NCBI GenBank assembly: GCA_963828125.1
Contig: CAWHDP010000001.1
Location: 32,001-96,000 of the forward strand
DNA from: an uncultured Chlamydiae bacterium
GTDB taxonomy: Bacteria; Chlamydiota; Chlamydiia; Chlamydiales; SM23-39
DNA length: 64,000 nucleotides
Reading direction: 5' to 3'
The position numbers were made by a program, and so were the translations under genes. Below, piece after piece: positions 45,843 to 55,170 of the stretch. How positions within the stretch are numbered: position 1 is the first letter of the stretch; the number at the start of each line of letters is the position of its first letter. The notes beneath the pieces were generated by a model. The model was not told the origin of the DNA and searched no databases. It was given only the letters and a program-made list of their open reading frames with translations.

Positions 45843-47177
45843 ATGCAAAATGACCTCATTCAAGTAGACCTTTCTCTCTTGGCGAAGTGGAACCGTCCAG
45901 CGCCCCGCTATACGAGCTATCCGACGGCGCCCCAATTCCAACCTGTGGAGGAGGGGTTGCTGATTGAGAAATTGCGAATTTTTGACGCGGCCGGCAAACC
46001 CTTATCTCTATATTTTCATATCCCATTTTGCAAGACGATGTGTCTATTTTGCGGTTGTTCGGTTGTTCTCAATCGGAAACCGGAAAGGCAAAGCCTCTAC
46101 TTAGCTCATCTCCTCAAGGAAATAGAACTTGTCGCAAACCATTTTTCCTCAAGACGCGCCGTCATGCAGCTCCACCTTGGCGGAGGAACCCCGACATCGT
46201 TGACGGAAGGGGAGCTGGAGATTTTGATGGGGACGATTGAGCGCTATTTTGTCCTGGCGCCGGGGGCGGAAGTGTCGATCGAGATCGATCCGAGGACGGT
46301 CTATGCGGATCAGGGACGCAAGCTCGCTGTTTTGAAGCAGCTTGGGTTCAACCGGATCAGTTTTGGGGTTCAAGATCTCGATCCGATTGTGCAAGAGGCG
46401 GTCCGCCGTCGGCAGAGCGAAGAGATGACCGTTTCTACGTATTATAAAGCTCGCGAGCTCGGCTTTGAAGGGATCAATATCGATCTCATTTACGGCTTGC
46501 CCCATCAAACAATCGAGCGGTTTGCTAAGACGGCTGATAAACTCATCGAGCTGAAGCCCGACCGGATCGCTTTCTATTCCTATGCGAAAATCCCGTGGCT
46601 CAAAGAACATCAAAAAGCGATTTCCGAAGAGACCCTGCCCTCTACGGAAGAGAAATTTGGCATCTATATCGATGCGAGGGCCCGGTTTATGAAGAGCGGC
46701 TATACAGCGATCGGCATGGATCACTTTGCCCTTGCTGCCGACCCGATGTCGAAAGCCTATTTTGCCAAAACGCTCACCCGCAATTTTCAGGGCTACGCCG
46801 TCCAGCTTGCAGAGGACATGATCGGGTTCGGCCTCACCTCAATCGGCTTTTTAGAAAACACCTATTTCCAAAATAACAAAGACCTCTTATCCTATCAGAC
46901 GGCCATTGGAGAGGGCCGTCTGCCTGTGGAGAGAGGATATGCTCTGAACATGGGAGACATTCGCCGCCGCAATATCATCCAAGCCCTCATGTGCCATTTT
47001 GAGGTCGATAAAGAGGGCCTTCCGCCTGCCGATATTGAACCTCTCAAAACGGACGGGCTTCTCATGGAGACGGACGACAAACTCATTGCGACGCCCCTTG
47101 GCCGTCTCTTTATCCGGCTTATCGCATCGGCCTTTGATTCCTATATCGATAAAGGGCAATTTTCGAGGGTCGTATGA
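45843..47177 (+). CDS. hemN: Oxygen-independent coproporphyrinogen III oxidase
   Basis: PRYTSYPTA, YFHIPFCKTMCLFCGC radical-SAM motif, GGGTP, IGMDHFA, RNFQGY. Confidence 0.96.
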   Translation: MQNDLIQVDLSLLAKWNRPAPRYTSYPTAPQFQPVEEGLLIEKLRIFDAAGKPLSLYFHIPFCKTMCLFCGCSVVLNRKPERQSLYLAHLLKEIELVANHFSSRRAVMQLHLGGGTPTSLTEGELEILMGTIERYFVLAPGAEVSIEIDPRTVYADQGRKLAVLKQLGFNRISFGVQDLDPIVQEAVRRRQSEEMTVSTYYKARELGFEGINIDLIYGLPHQTIERFAKTADKLIELKPDRIAFYSYAKIPWLKEHQKAISEETLPSTEEKFGIYIDARARFMKSGYTAIGMDHFALAADPMSKAYFAKTLTRNFQGYAVQLAEDMIGFGLTSIGFLENTYFQNNKDLLSYQTAIGEGRLPVERGYALNMGDIRRRNIIQALMCHFEVDKEGLPPADIEPLKTDGLLMETDDKLIATPLGRLFIRLIASAFDSYIDKGQFSRVV

Positions 47178-48286
47178 AAATTCTCATCATCGGGGGAGGG
47201 ATTACAGGGCTCAGCGCGGCATGGTATGCTCATAAGCGGTATCCGGACGCTCACATTACCCTCCTTGAAAAGAGCGGGCGGCTCGGCGGTTGGATTCGCA
47301 CTGTGATTGAAGGGGGATTTCTCTTTGAAAAGGGCCCTCGCACATTCCAGTCGGGACGCAGTCCCCATCTCCTTGCCCTCATCCGGGATCTAAAACTCGA
47401 GATCATCCCCTCCGATCCCGCGGCCGCCAAGCGGTTCATCCTGCACAAGGGGAGTCTCCGTTCTGCCGGTTCGTTTTTGCCGAAACTGATCCCCTATCTG
47501 ATTCGCGAACTTTTCATCCCTCCGTCAAGCGCGCCAGACGAATCGATCTACGATTTTGCCGCAAGGAGATTCAGCCCGCACATTGCCGAGACCCTTTTTG
47601 ATCCGCTCACGCTCGGCGTCTATGCCGGCGATATCCGGAAACTCTCGATCCGCGCCTGTTTTCCCGCCTTCTACAAATGGGAACGGGAAAAAGGCTCTCT
47701 TCTCCGCGGTCTCCTCTCGTCCCCAAAAACAGCAAAAGGGCTCTTCACTCTTAAAAATGGGATGGAAACCTTGATTCACGAATTGCAAAAACAGCTCCCG
47801 ATCGATATCGTCTTCGATTGTCCGGCCGAGACAATCACCGCGCATGAGGTCTTTGCGCAGGGCCAAACATGGCATGCCGACCAGGTCTTCTCTGCACTGC
47901 CTCCTCTATGCCCCACCCGCTCGATTTGGGTCGTGAATCTCGCCTTTGCAGACGACGTCCTTTCCAAAAAAGGGTTCGGCTATCTTGTTCCGACTCAAGA
48001 GAAGGAGGGGCTCCTTGGCGTTATTTTTGATTCGGCGATCTTTCCTCAGCAGAACCGGTCAGGGGAAACGCGTCTCACCGCGATGATCCGCGGCGAAGAG
48101 AGCGAACCCTTGCCAACCGCTCTCAGCGCTCTTAAGCGCCACTTAGGGGTTGTCGCAGAGCCGCTTTTTGCCTCCACATTTTTAGCGAAAGAGGCCATCC
48201 CCCAATTCGAAGTTGGATGCATAGCGAGGGGCGTCTCGGTCGATGCGTGCATCCAGAGGGGGATGGAATTTGTAGGGCGATTTTAG
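47174..48286 (+). CDS. hemG: Protoporphyrinogen oxidase, HemY-type (chlamydial HemG), compact
   Basis: IIGGGITGLSAA, GRLGGWIRT, FEKGPRTF, GVYAGD, GFGYLVP, AIPQF. Confidence 0.9.
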   Translation: MKILIIGGGITGLSAAWYAHKRYPDAHITLLEKSGRLGGWIRTVIEGGFLFEKGPRTFQSGRSPHLLALIRDLKLEIIPSDPAAAKRFILHKGSLRSAGSFLPKLIPYLIRELFIPPSSAPDESIYDFAARRFSPHIAETLFDPLTLGVYAGDIRKLSIRACFPAFYKWEREKGSLLRGLLSSPKTAKGLFTLKNGMETLIHELQKQLPIDIVFDCPAETITAHEVFAQGQTWHADQVFSALPPLCPTRSIWVVNLAFADDVLSKKGFGYLVPTQEKEGLLGVIFDSAIFPQQNRSGETRLTAMIRGEESEPLPTALSALKRHLGVVAEPLFASTFLAKEAIPQFEVGCIARGVSVDACIQRGMEFVGRF

Positions 48287-48546
48287 GATTCAAACAGGCT
48301 GATGGGGCCGCCAGCCGCTGCGATCTTTTTGAGTTCCTCTGCGGATAAGCCTTCTGGTTGTATGGGTAAAATAAAATTCAATTCTTGCTCGTTATTTTCC
48401 CTGATCTTGACCCTTCTCCCCTGGGTATTGATCCCATTTTCCTTCAACACTTTATCGGGGTGTGTCAGCAGCTCCTTTTTAAATTGGGGATCTGTCCATG
48501 CCTTGACTACGATTTGAGACCATTTTTTGTTTTGTTTCATATTCAT
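48283..48546 (-). CDS. NHLP-leader RiPP precursor-like peptide, predicted core PISLFES
   Basis: IVVKAWTDPQFKKELLTHPDKVLKENG...EN..LNFILP..PEGLSAEELKKIAAAGG is a nitrile-hydratase-like leader ending in a double-glycine motif; RBS-like gaaggcaaggt. Confidence 0.85.
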   Translation of the reverse strand: MNMKQNKKWSQIVVKAWTDPQFKKELLTHPDKVLKENGINTQGRRVKIRENNEQELNFILPIQPEGLSAEELKKIAAAGGPISLFES

Positions 48547-48557
48547 ACCTTGCCTTC

Positions 48558-49403
48558 TTATTTAGAGTGGGCCAAAACGGCCACCTCTTCTGTGATTGTT
48601 TCTAACTGGTTCCATGATTTCATCAGGGCAGATCCTCTGCCAGGATGGGTTAAAAGTCGATTGATTCGCGTCCCATACTCGCGGGGCTTGATGAGGAAAG
48701 ACTCGGTCATTTTGATGGACCCTTTCTGAGTGGGAAAATAGACGCGGTTGAGGGCGAAGAGGATATATGTCAGATCTCTCACGACGGATGTGAGCGACTC
48801 GATAGCTCCATAGACGCAATCTCTCTCAGCGCATTTTTTCCCGGTATGCAAAGAGCGGCGGGCGTCTTGAAGCAAATCCCGGAGCAGCGCTTGTCGTAAC
48901 GGATCTGGATATTCTTGGACGGCTTGCTTCAGGAGAACCATTGTTTTTCGGGGGTCATAAAGAGGCGTTGAATAATAGGGGTATGCTAGGTAATTCGCGC
49001 TCAAAAATGGGTGGTCTTTCGTAAAGCGTCCTTGACGGGCCTCTCCGATCACCCGATGCATTTGATCGATACTCATTAAGATCCACTCGATAACGCCCGC
49101 TTCGGTGATCAGTGCGCCGCCTCCGTTTTTCCAAGGTCCACGTTCATAAACATCGTAAATCCGGGGTTCAAAAATTGTGAAATCACGCGCAATTTCGCGG
49201 ATATGTTCAATGTTTGGATACCTGTTTTCAAAATAATAAAGGCCGAGATCTATGTCTGAATGATCGTCAGCTGCGCCCCGTGCGTACGATCCGCCTAAAA
49301 TAATGCACTCGACGCCTGAAACCTGGGCCAGAGCTTGGACCATTTCTTCCACGATGACTTGCTTGAATTTTCCTAATTTATAGTCCATTTCGCCCGATTC
49401 CAT
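48558..49403 (-). CDS. Pol-beta-superfamily nucleotidyltransferase with C-terminal helical (DUF4037-like) domain
   Basis: ILGGSYARGAADDHSDIDLGLYY (hGS..DxD), GPWKNGGG, LFALNRVYF..KG. Confidence 0.85.
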   Translation of the reverse strand: MESGEMDYKLGKFKQVIVEEMVQALAQVSGVECIILGGSYARGAADDHSDIDLGLYYFENRYPNIEHIREIARDFTIFEPRIYDVYERGPWKNGGGALITEAGVIEWILMSIDQMHRVIGEARQGRFTKDHPFLSANYLAYPYYSTPLYDPRKTMVLLKQAVQEYPDPLRQALLRDLLQDARRSLHTGKKCAERDCVYGAIESLTSVVRDLTYILFALNRVYFPTQKGSIKMTESFLIKPREYGTRINRLLTHPGRGSALMKSWNQLETITEEVAVLAHSK

Positions 49404-49485
49404 AAATGGCCGACGTCTAGTCAAAAACAGACATATCAGCACTACAATAATTTGTAAAAAAAAATTCTATGAAAATGGAAAATAT

Positions 49486-49767
49486 TTAGGGGGCGCGCTC
49501 GATCGCTTTCGCCGCGCGGGTATAGACTTTGGCGGTGTGGCGGTGATGAGTAAAATATTCATACATCGCTGCGGCTGACATCACAATAATTCCTATCCCA
49601 TACGGTAGAAAATTTATATTTAAAAAAATGATTGCCGCCACGCCAGCTACCAGCGCCGAAAGAGCAAGAAGGCTCTTTAAAATTGCTTTTCGGTACGCTT
49701 GTTTTTTTAAATCGTGTATTTCTTTATGAACTTCCACGTTTTTTTTTGGATTTGTTTCTATAGACAT
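49486..49767 (-). CDS. Small protein with two adjacent TM segments (Inc-like hairpin)
   Basis: SLLALSALVAGVAAIIFL-NINF-LPYGIGIIVMSAAAMY. Confidence 0.65.
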   Translation of the reverse strand: MSIETNPKKNVEVHKEIHDLKKQAYRKAILKSLLALSALVAGVAAIIFLNINFLPYGIGIIVMSAAAMYEYFTHHRHTAKVYTRAAKAIERAP

Positions 49768-49840
49768 AAATAAATCTTCCCTTCATCGCCCCCAGTGATT
49801 ATACTTCGATTTTCCGTTTTTTTCTACTCTAATAAAAGAG

Positions 49841-49869
49841 TTGCAGTGGAGGAGAAAATCTAATATAAT
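49841..49869 (+). promoter_or_regulatory. Sigma66/70-type promoter of der
   Basis: TTGCAG-17 bp-TATAAT. Confidence 0.7.
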
Positions 49870-49889
49870 CTGCGGCACAAAAGAAAATT

Positions 49890-51227
49890 ATGCAGCCAAA
49901 AATAGCTTTAGTCGGACGTCCCAACGTGGGAAAATCGGCCCTTTTCAATCGGATTTGCCAAAAGCGGATTTCTATTGTCGATGAACAAGAGGGGATCACG
50001 CGCGATCGGCTCTATGCCGAGACGGAGGCGTTCGGACGCCCTTTCACTTTGATCGATACCGGAGGGATCGACCCTTCGGAGAGAATGCTGTTCAATCAGG
50101 AGATTCGGCGTCAGGCTGAGATCGCGATTCATGAGGCCGACGCGGTGATTTTAGTGGTCGATGGTCAGGTGGGGCCTCATCCGTTAGATGAAGAGGTGGC
50201 CAAAATTTTGCTGCACGCCAAAAAGCCGATCGTTGTCGCTGTGAATAAAATCGATCAGATGAGCGATGAGGTGAAGATCCACGATTTCCATTCTTTAGCG
50301 GTGCGCGATTTGATCGGGGTTTCGGCGGCGCAAGGGTTTCAGATCGCAGAGTTGCTCGAAAAAGTGCTGGGGTTTGTCCCTGATGAAGGGGAGGCGGCTC
50401 CGGCCCCTCCGGGGGGGATTCGGGTGGCTATTGTGGGAAGGCCGAACGTCGGGAAGTCGACGCTTTTGAACCATCTTTTGCATGAGGAGCGCTCCATCGT
50501 AAGCCCAATTGCAGGGACAACGCGAGATGCGATCGACGCTTCGGTCAGTTACGAGGGACAGAATTACGTCTTGGTCGATACGGCGGGGATTCGGCGGAAG
50601 AAGGCAGAGAAAGAGGTGGTCGATAAGTTCGCGGCGATCCGGACGGAAGAGGCGGTCGCTAAGGCCGATGTGTGCTTGCTGGTGCTCGATTCGTTCGAGG
50701 GGTTTACGACGCAAGAAAAGAGGATTGCGAGTGAAATTGAGGCGAATGGAAAGAGCTGCATCCTTGTTTTCAATAAGTGGGATCTGATGAAAAACTTCCG
50801 GATGGAACATGCGATGAGAGGAGTGAAGGAAGAGATCCCCTTTTTAAATCACTGTCCGACGCTCTTTATCTCGGCGATCAAGGAGAGGAATCTGGACAAA
50901 ATTTTCCCGCTGATCAAGGAGGTCTATGCCGAGCGGCAAAAACGGATCACGACGGGGGGGCTTAATAAATTTATCGAGGGGTGTTTGCAGAAATACCACC
51001 CGCCCCTCATCATTGGAAAAAGACTCCGCATTTACTATATGACGCAGGTTGAAATCGACCCGCCGAAGTTTGTCCTTTTTGTCAATAATCCAACGCTGAT
51101 GACTGAGAGCTACAAAAAATATTTAATCAATAATTTTCGGGAAGTATATGGATTTAGCGGCTGCCCGCTGACTCTTGAATTGAGGGGAAAAGAGCCTCCG
51201 GCGCCGTCGGTTCCTCGTCTTCTATAG
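49890..51227 (+). CDS. der: Ribosome biogenesis GTPase Der/EngA
   Basis: Two GRPNVGKS G1 motifs, TRD, DTGG/DTAG, NKID/NKWD. Confidence 0.98.
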   Translation: MQPKIALVGRPNVGKSALFNRICQKRISIVDEQEGITRDRLYAETEAFGRPFTLIDTGGIDPSERMLFNQEIRRQAEIAIHEADAVILVVDGQVGPHPLDEEVAKILLHAKKPIVVAVNKIDQMSDEVKIHDFHSLAVRDLIGVSAAQGFQIAELLEKVLGFVPDEGEAAPAPPGGIRVAIVGRPNVGKSTLLNHLLHEERSIVSPIAGTTRDAIDASVSYEGQNYVLVDTAGIRRKKAEKEVVDKFAAIRTEEAVAKADVCLLVLDSFEGFTTQEKRIASEIEANGKSCILVFNKWDLMKNFRMEHAMRGVKEEIPFLNHCPTLFISAIKERNLDKIFPLIKEVYAERQKRITTGGLNKFIEGCLQKYHPPLIIGKRLRIYYMTQVEIDPPKFVLFVNNPTLMTESYKKYLINNFREVYGFSGCPLTLELRGKEPPAPSVPRLL

Positions 51228-51235
51228 CCTAAGGG

Positions 51236-51259
51236 CTAGCCCGCGGAAAAGCGGGCTAG
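51236..51259. repeat. Family B minimal remnant; hairpin after der
   Basis: ctagcccgc-ggaaaa-gcgggctag. Confidence 0.75.
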
Positions 51260-51291
51260 TAATTTTTGTTTTCCCAATTTACACTCATCCT

Positions 51292-53053
51292 ATGAAAGTG
51301 CCGCATCCAAGAGCTATTTCTTTCGCCCCGTTCCTCACTGAGTGGAGGGAGTATAACTTTTCTCTTTTGCGGAGCGATGTTTGGGCGGCGCTCGCCGTCG
51401 CCCTCATGACGATTCCCCAATCGATCGCTTATTCTCTTTTGGCGGGGCTCCCTCCGACGGCGGGGCTCTTCTCGGCGATTTTCGGGACCTTTTTGGTCGC
51501 AGCTTTCGGCTCATCGCGCCACCTCATTTCGGGACCTAGCACGGGGATTGCGATTTTGATCCAAACTTCGATCGCAGAGATCCTCTCCAGCTATTACGAA
51601 TATGCGGCGGGCGCCGAAAAAGATGCGCTTGTTCTCCATATTCTCACTCAAATCGTGATCATTGCCGGATTGATCCAGATCGCTGCCGCCTTCTTTAATG
51701 TGAGCAAGCTTTTGCAGTTCGTGAGCCGCCCGGTGGTTCTCGGCTATTTTGCGGGGATCATGGTCGCAATCATCGTCACGCAACTGTTCTATTTTACCGG
51801 GATCGCCCCAGACAAAGGGGCCGATTCGGTCCTTTTGAAGATTTGGGTTTTTCTCGCACCTTTTCTCTTTGAAATGGGAGACCCTTTTCATTGGGGCTCT
51901 CAGCTTAACGGTCCTCCTTTTTTTTAAGAGAACGGCAAAAAATTGGCCTGACGCTTTGATCATGCTGATTGTCGCCTCAATCGCCGCTTACAGCCTCGAT
52001 TTTTGGCTGAAAGAATCCGCTGTACTCCGCTTAGGGAGCTATAAATTGGCCCGAGAGCCGATCCCTCAGTTGACGTTCCCTGTCATCGATCTCTCCATGC
52101 TGAATAAAGTGTTCCCTGCCGCCGTTGCGATCTCGTTTTTGGCCATTCTTGAGGTCTTTTCCATCTCACGGACGTTTGGCGCGAAATCAGGCCATCAAGT
52201 ACAGGTCAACCAAGATGTGTTCGGACTTGGCGTCGGCAACGCTTTTCTCGCCTTCCTTTATGGCTCCTTGCCTGCATCGGGGAGCGCGACTCGGACGAGT
52301 CTCAGCTTTCGGTTCCATTCCAAGACCCGCTTGGCCGCGATCCTCAGCAGCCTATTTACTGCGGTCATCATTTTTTTCTGCTGGCCGCTAGTTCAGCACA
52401 TCCCCTTGGCTGCCCTCGCAGCCCTTTTAATCGCTACGGTTCCGGCCCTCATGAATTGGAACGAGATCAAGCTCTGTTTTCATGCAACTCGTGAAGACGC
52501 ATGGGTTTTTCTGATCACTTTTTTCTCTTGTTTGCTCTTCAGCCTCGATCTCGCTTTTTTCATCGGCATTGTGATTTCGATCGCGACGTACTTGCGTAAA
52601 TCGGCGACGCCTCACTTAGTGGAGTATGCGTTCAATTCCAAAGGGCGTCTGATTATTGTGAACCCTAAAGAGGATACCCATAGAAAGGTCCGGATCATCG
52701 GCATTGCGGGAGAGCTCTACTTTGCCTCCGCCGATGTGTTCCAAAGCGCTCTTCAGGTGGTTGCCGAAGATCGCAAAACACTTGCGATCGTCCTTCGTCT
52801 CAATAATGTGTATCACATGGATGCGTCTATGTGCCTTGCGATTTTGCATCTCTATGAAACTCTCCGTTCAACGGGCCGTTTTCTGATCATCAGCGGCCTG
52901 ACTGAAGAGGTGTGGCATGTGTTCCATCGGGCGGGATTGGTGAAGCAGATCGGCCTTGACAACCTCTATTTCACCGACGAAAGCAATCCGCAATTTTCTA
53001 CCTGGAAGGCATGCTTAAGGGCGCAAGATCTCGTTCATGGGAATGATCTTTAA
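51292..53053 (+). pseudogene. sulP: SulP-family anion transporter with STAS domain, one frameshift near 51850
   Basis: IPQSIAYSLLAGLPP, FGSSRHLISGP, NQDVFGLG.GN, GELYFAS, MDAS; ORFs 51292-51927 and 51869-53053 in different frames. Confidence 0.88.
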
Positions 53054-53070
53054 GTCAGCGGGAATTCCTT

Positions 53071-54042
53071 TTAGAACATCGAGTTGTATGGCTTCATTGC
53101 TTTCTTCCATTTTGGGATGTACTGGCTGATAGTATCAAAGTGGCCAGTCTGAAGGATTTGGATGATCTCTTGGGCCCCCATTTGCGCAATGAGCCCTTGA
53201 TGGAGCGTTCCCGTTTCGTAGATATAGGATTCTTCTTTCAGGATATAGGCTGTCTGATCTATTAAATGGTTTTTTTTTAAAGCATCGAGAAACGCTTGTC
53301 CGTTCGCGAGACTCTGTTCGTTGTGTGTTTGGATGACAATTAAGTGCCTCCCAGTGCCCGCTAATCCGGTGAAATGGCTCAAGTTCATCATTCTGGAAAC
53401 TCCTTGGGCGCCTCCTGCGCGGTAGGTAAATCGGGGTTCTGTTGGATCTTGGACTAAAAGGTAGAGATGAAAATATTTCGATTTTTTGAAGTTTTGCATT
53501 TCAATGGAAGGATGAAAAGAGAGCGAACTCATCGGTGTGAGGATCAGTTGATCTGTTGTAAAGAGGCGATTTTTTGTCTGGACGATTGCTATTTTTTGTC
53601 CGAGATCCACAGAGACTTTCTCGACCTTATGTTCAGTGAGGAGGGTAATGTCTGTTTGAGCGATCAGCGTTAATAAATGATCGATCAACTCATAACATCC
53701 CTTCGAAAAATACCATCCGTTTTTACTTTTTCCCGATTCGAAGGGGAGGAGTGGGTTATCCATCGAGACAATATGGCAGCCGGCGTATTCTTCGATGAAG
53801 GACTTCAAGTGGACGTTTTGGCCCACTTGATGGCACCCCAGATCGGCATAGGCCACCCCGCAGACGTCGATCCCTTTCCAAGCGCCGCCGCACCTGGAGT
53901 CGGCTTCTAGAATCAACACTTTTTTCCCTGAATGGCATTGATAGAGCGCCTCGAACAGAGAAAAGGGGCTGCTCCCGACCAGGATGCAGTCGAAATCGGC
54001 GGCAAAAAGCGAGAGGTGCAGAAGAAAAAAAATGAAACGCAT
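53071..54042 (-). CDS. Exported protein with degenerate FAD/NAD(P)-binding Rossmann motif
   Basis: Signal peptide; DCILVGSSPFS...GKKVLILEADSRCGGAW. Confidence 0.65.
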   Translation of the reverse strand: MRFIFFLLHLSLFAADFDCILVGSSPFSLFEALYQCHSGKKVLILEADSRCGGAWKGIDVCGVAYADLGCHQVGQNVHLKSFIEEYAGCHIVSMDNPLLPFESGKSKNGWYFSKGCYELIDHLLTLIAQTDITLLTEHKVEKVSVDLGQKIAIVQTKNRLFTTDQLILTPMSSLSFHPSIEMQNFKKSKYFHLYLLVQDPTEPRFTYRAGGAQGVSRMMNLSHFTGLAGTGRHLIVIQTHNEQSLANGQAFLDALKKNHLIDQTAYILKEESYIYETGTLHQGLIAQMGAQEIIQILQTGHFDTISQYIPKWKKAMKPYNSMF

Positions 54043-54045
54043 CCG

Positions 54046-54525
54046 TTATCCTTTCTGATATTTTCTATAGAGCTCGACGGATCTTCCGATAAAAATTCCG
54101 GTGATCAATCCAGAAACGATCGCGTCGGCCAAAAATAGGTGGATGTAGGCCTCTGGATGCAGTTCGTAGTTGTAGGTGAAGAAATAGCGGGTGGCGAAAA
54201 CGGCGAGAATTAAATAGAGCGTACTCCAAGATCCAGGCAGCGAGAGCCGTTTTTTCTGATGGTCGGCCTCCGTTTCCCAATTCCGAACGGTTTGCCAACC
54301 GAGATAGGAACCGATGGCCAATGTACAGATCCAGAAACTCAATAAGGAGTACCTCCCCTGCAGCCGTTCGGCCAGCCAAGCGATATTGAGGAGGGTGAAT
54401 AGAGCGGGTAGGATCACGAGCCGATGGAAGGAGATCGTCCGAGGGCGGGTCGACGCAATTCCAATAGCGACTGAGATCATAAACCCCAAATAGGCCCACC
54501 AAGGGGCATTAGAAAGGATGTCCAT
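54046..54525 (-). CDS. Membrane protein (DUF6622/DUF1453-like)
   Basis: NAPWWAY, ILPALF, LPGSWSTL..ILAVF..RY, SGLITGIFIGR; 4-5 TMs. Confidence 0.65.
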   Translation of the reverse strand: MDILSNAPWWAYLGFMISVAIGIASTRPRTISFHRLVILPALFTLLNIAWLAERLQGRYSLLSFWICTLAIGSYLGWQTVRNWETEADHQKKRLSLPGSWSTLYLILAVFATRYFFTYNYELHPEAYIHLFLADAIVSGLITGIFIGRSVELYRKYQKG

Positions 54526-55129
54526 TCTTTAGTTCTAACCACTTTTCGCGCGAATATTTATTTGGCCAATGAGTCCAATCAATCCGGTATTGGGCGATCT
54601 CGTGATCTTCTACCCAATGGAGGGAGTTCTCATCGACCACTCGGTCGGGAAATCGGATCCCGTCCAAATGGTCGATGGCATGCTGAAAAATGCGGGCCAC
54701 ATACCCCTCGTATTCTTCGGTGAGGATATTTCCTTCGCGGTCGTGGGCGGAGATCAATATTTTTTGCGCCCTGGGTACGATGCCGAAAATGCGGTCTGTG
54801 GAAAAACAACCTTCGCACCAAAGGAGCTGTTCGTCGGATTGCCACAAAATTTCCGGGTTAATAAATGCTTTGAGTTCAGTGGGGGGAGTGTGAGTACAAA
54901 CGGCAGTGGCCGCGGTATCGACTAAGATGATCCGTTTTTGGATCCCGATTTGAGGAGCGGCGAGGCCTACTAAGGGTCCCTCCCCGAAGGCAACTTGGTA
55001 CATTGTCTCAATCGTCCCTTGGATCTCCTCCGAGGAGATATCGCAGGGGCATATGTTCGTCGAGACTTCATTGAGATGAGGATCTGTAGGGGCTGAGAAT
55101 AGGGCCATAGACAAAAGTAGATGAATCAT
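54509..55129 (-). CDS. Peptide deformylase homologue with HExxH changed to HAxxH
   Basis: VGLAAPQIG, FINPEI, EGCFS, ARIFQHAIDHLDG; start MIHLLLSMALFSA; the longer ORF start overlaps the esterase. Confidence 0.85.
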   Translation of the reverse strand: MIHLLLSMALFSAPTDPHLNEVSTNICPCDISSEEIQGTIETMYQVAFGEGPLVGLAAPQIGIQKRIILVDTAATAVCTHTPPTELKAFINPEILWQSDEQLLWCEGCFSTDRIFGIVPRAQKILISAHDREGNILTEEYEGYVARIFQHAIDHLDGIRFPDRVVDENSLHWVEDHEIAQYRIDWTHWPNKYSREKWLELKNGHPF

Positions 55130-55170
55130 GCTGAATATGATAGCGAAAAATGAAAACGATGCAAGAAATA

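Noticed and set aside
45843..47177. Radical-SAM enzyme as maturase for the NHLP peptide
   Set aside because: Canonical HemN within hemE-hemN-hemG, on the opposite strand, without SPASM/RRE features
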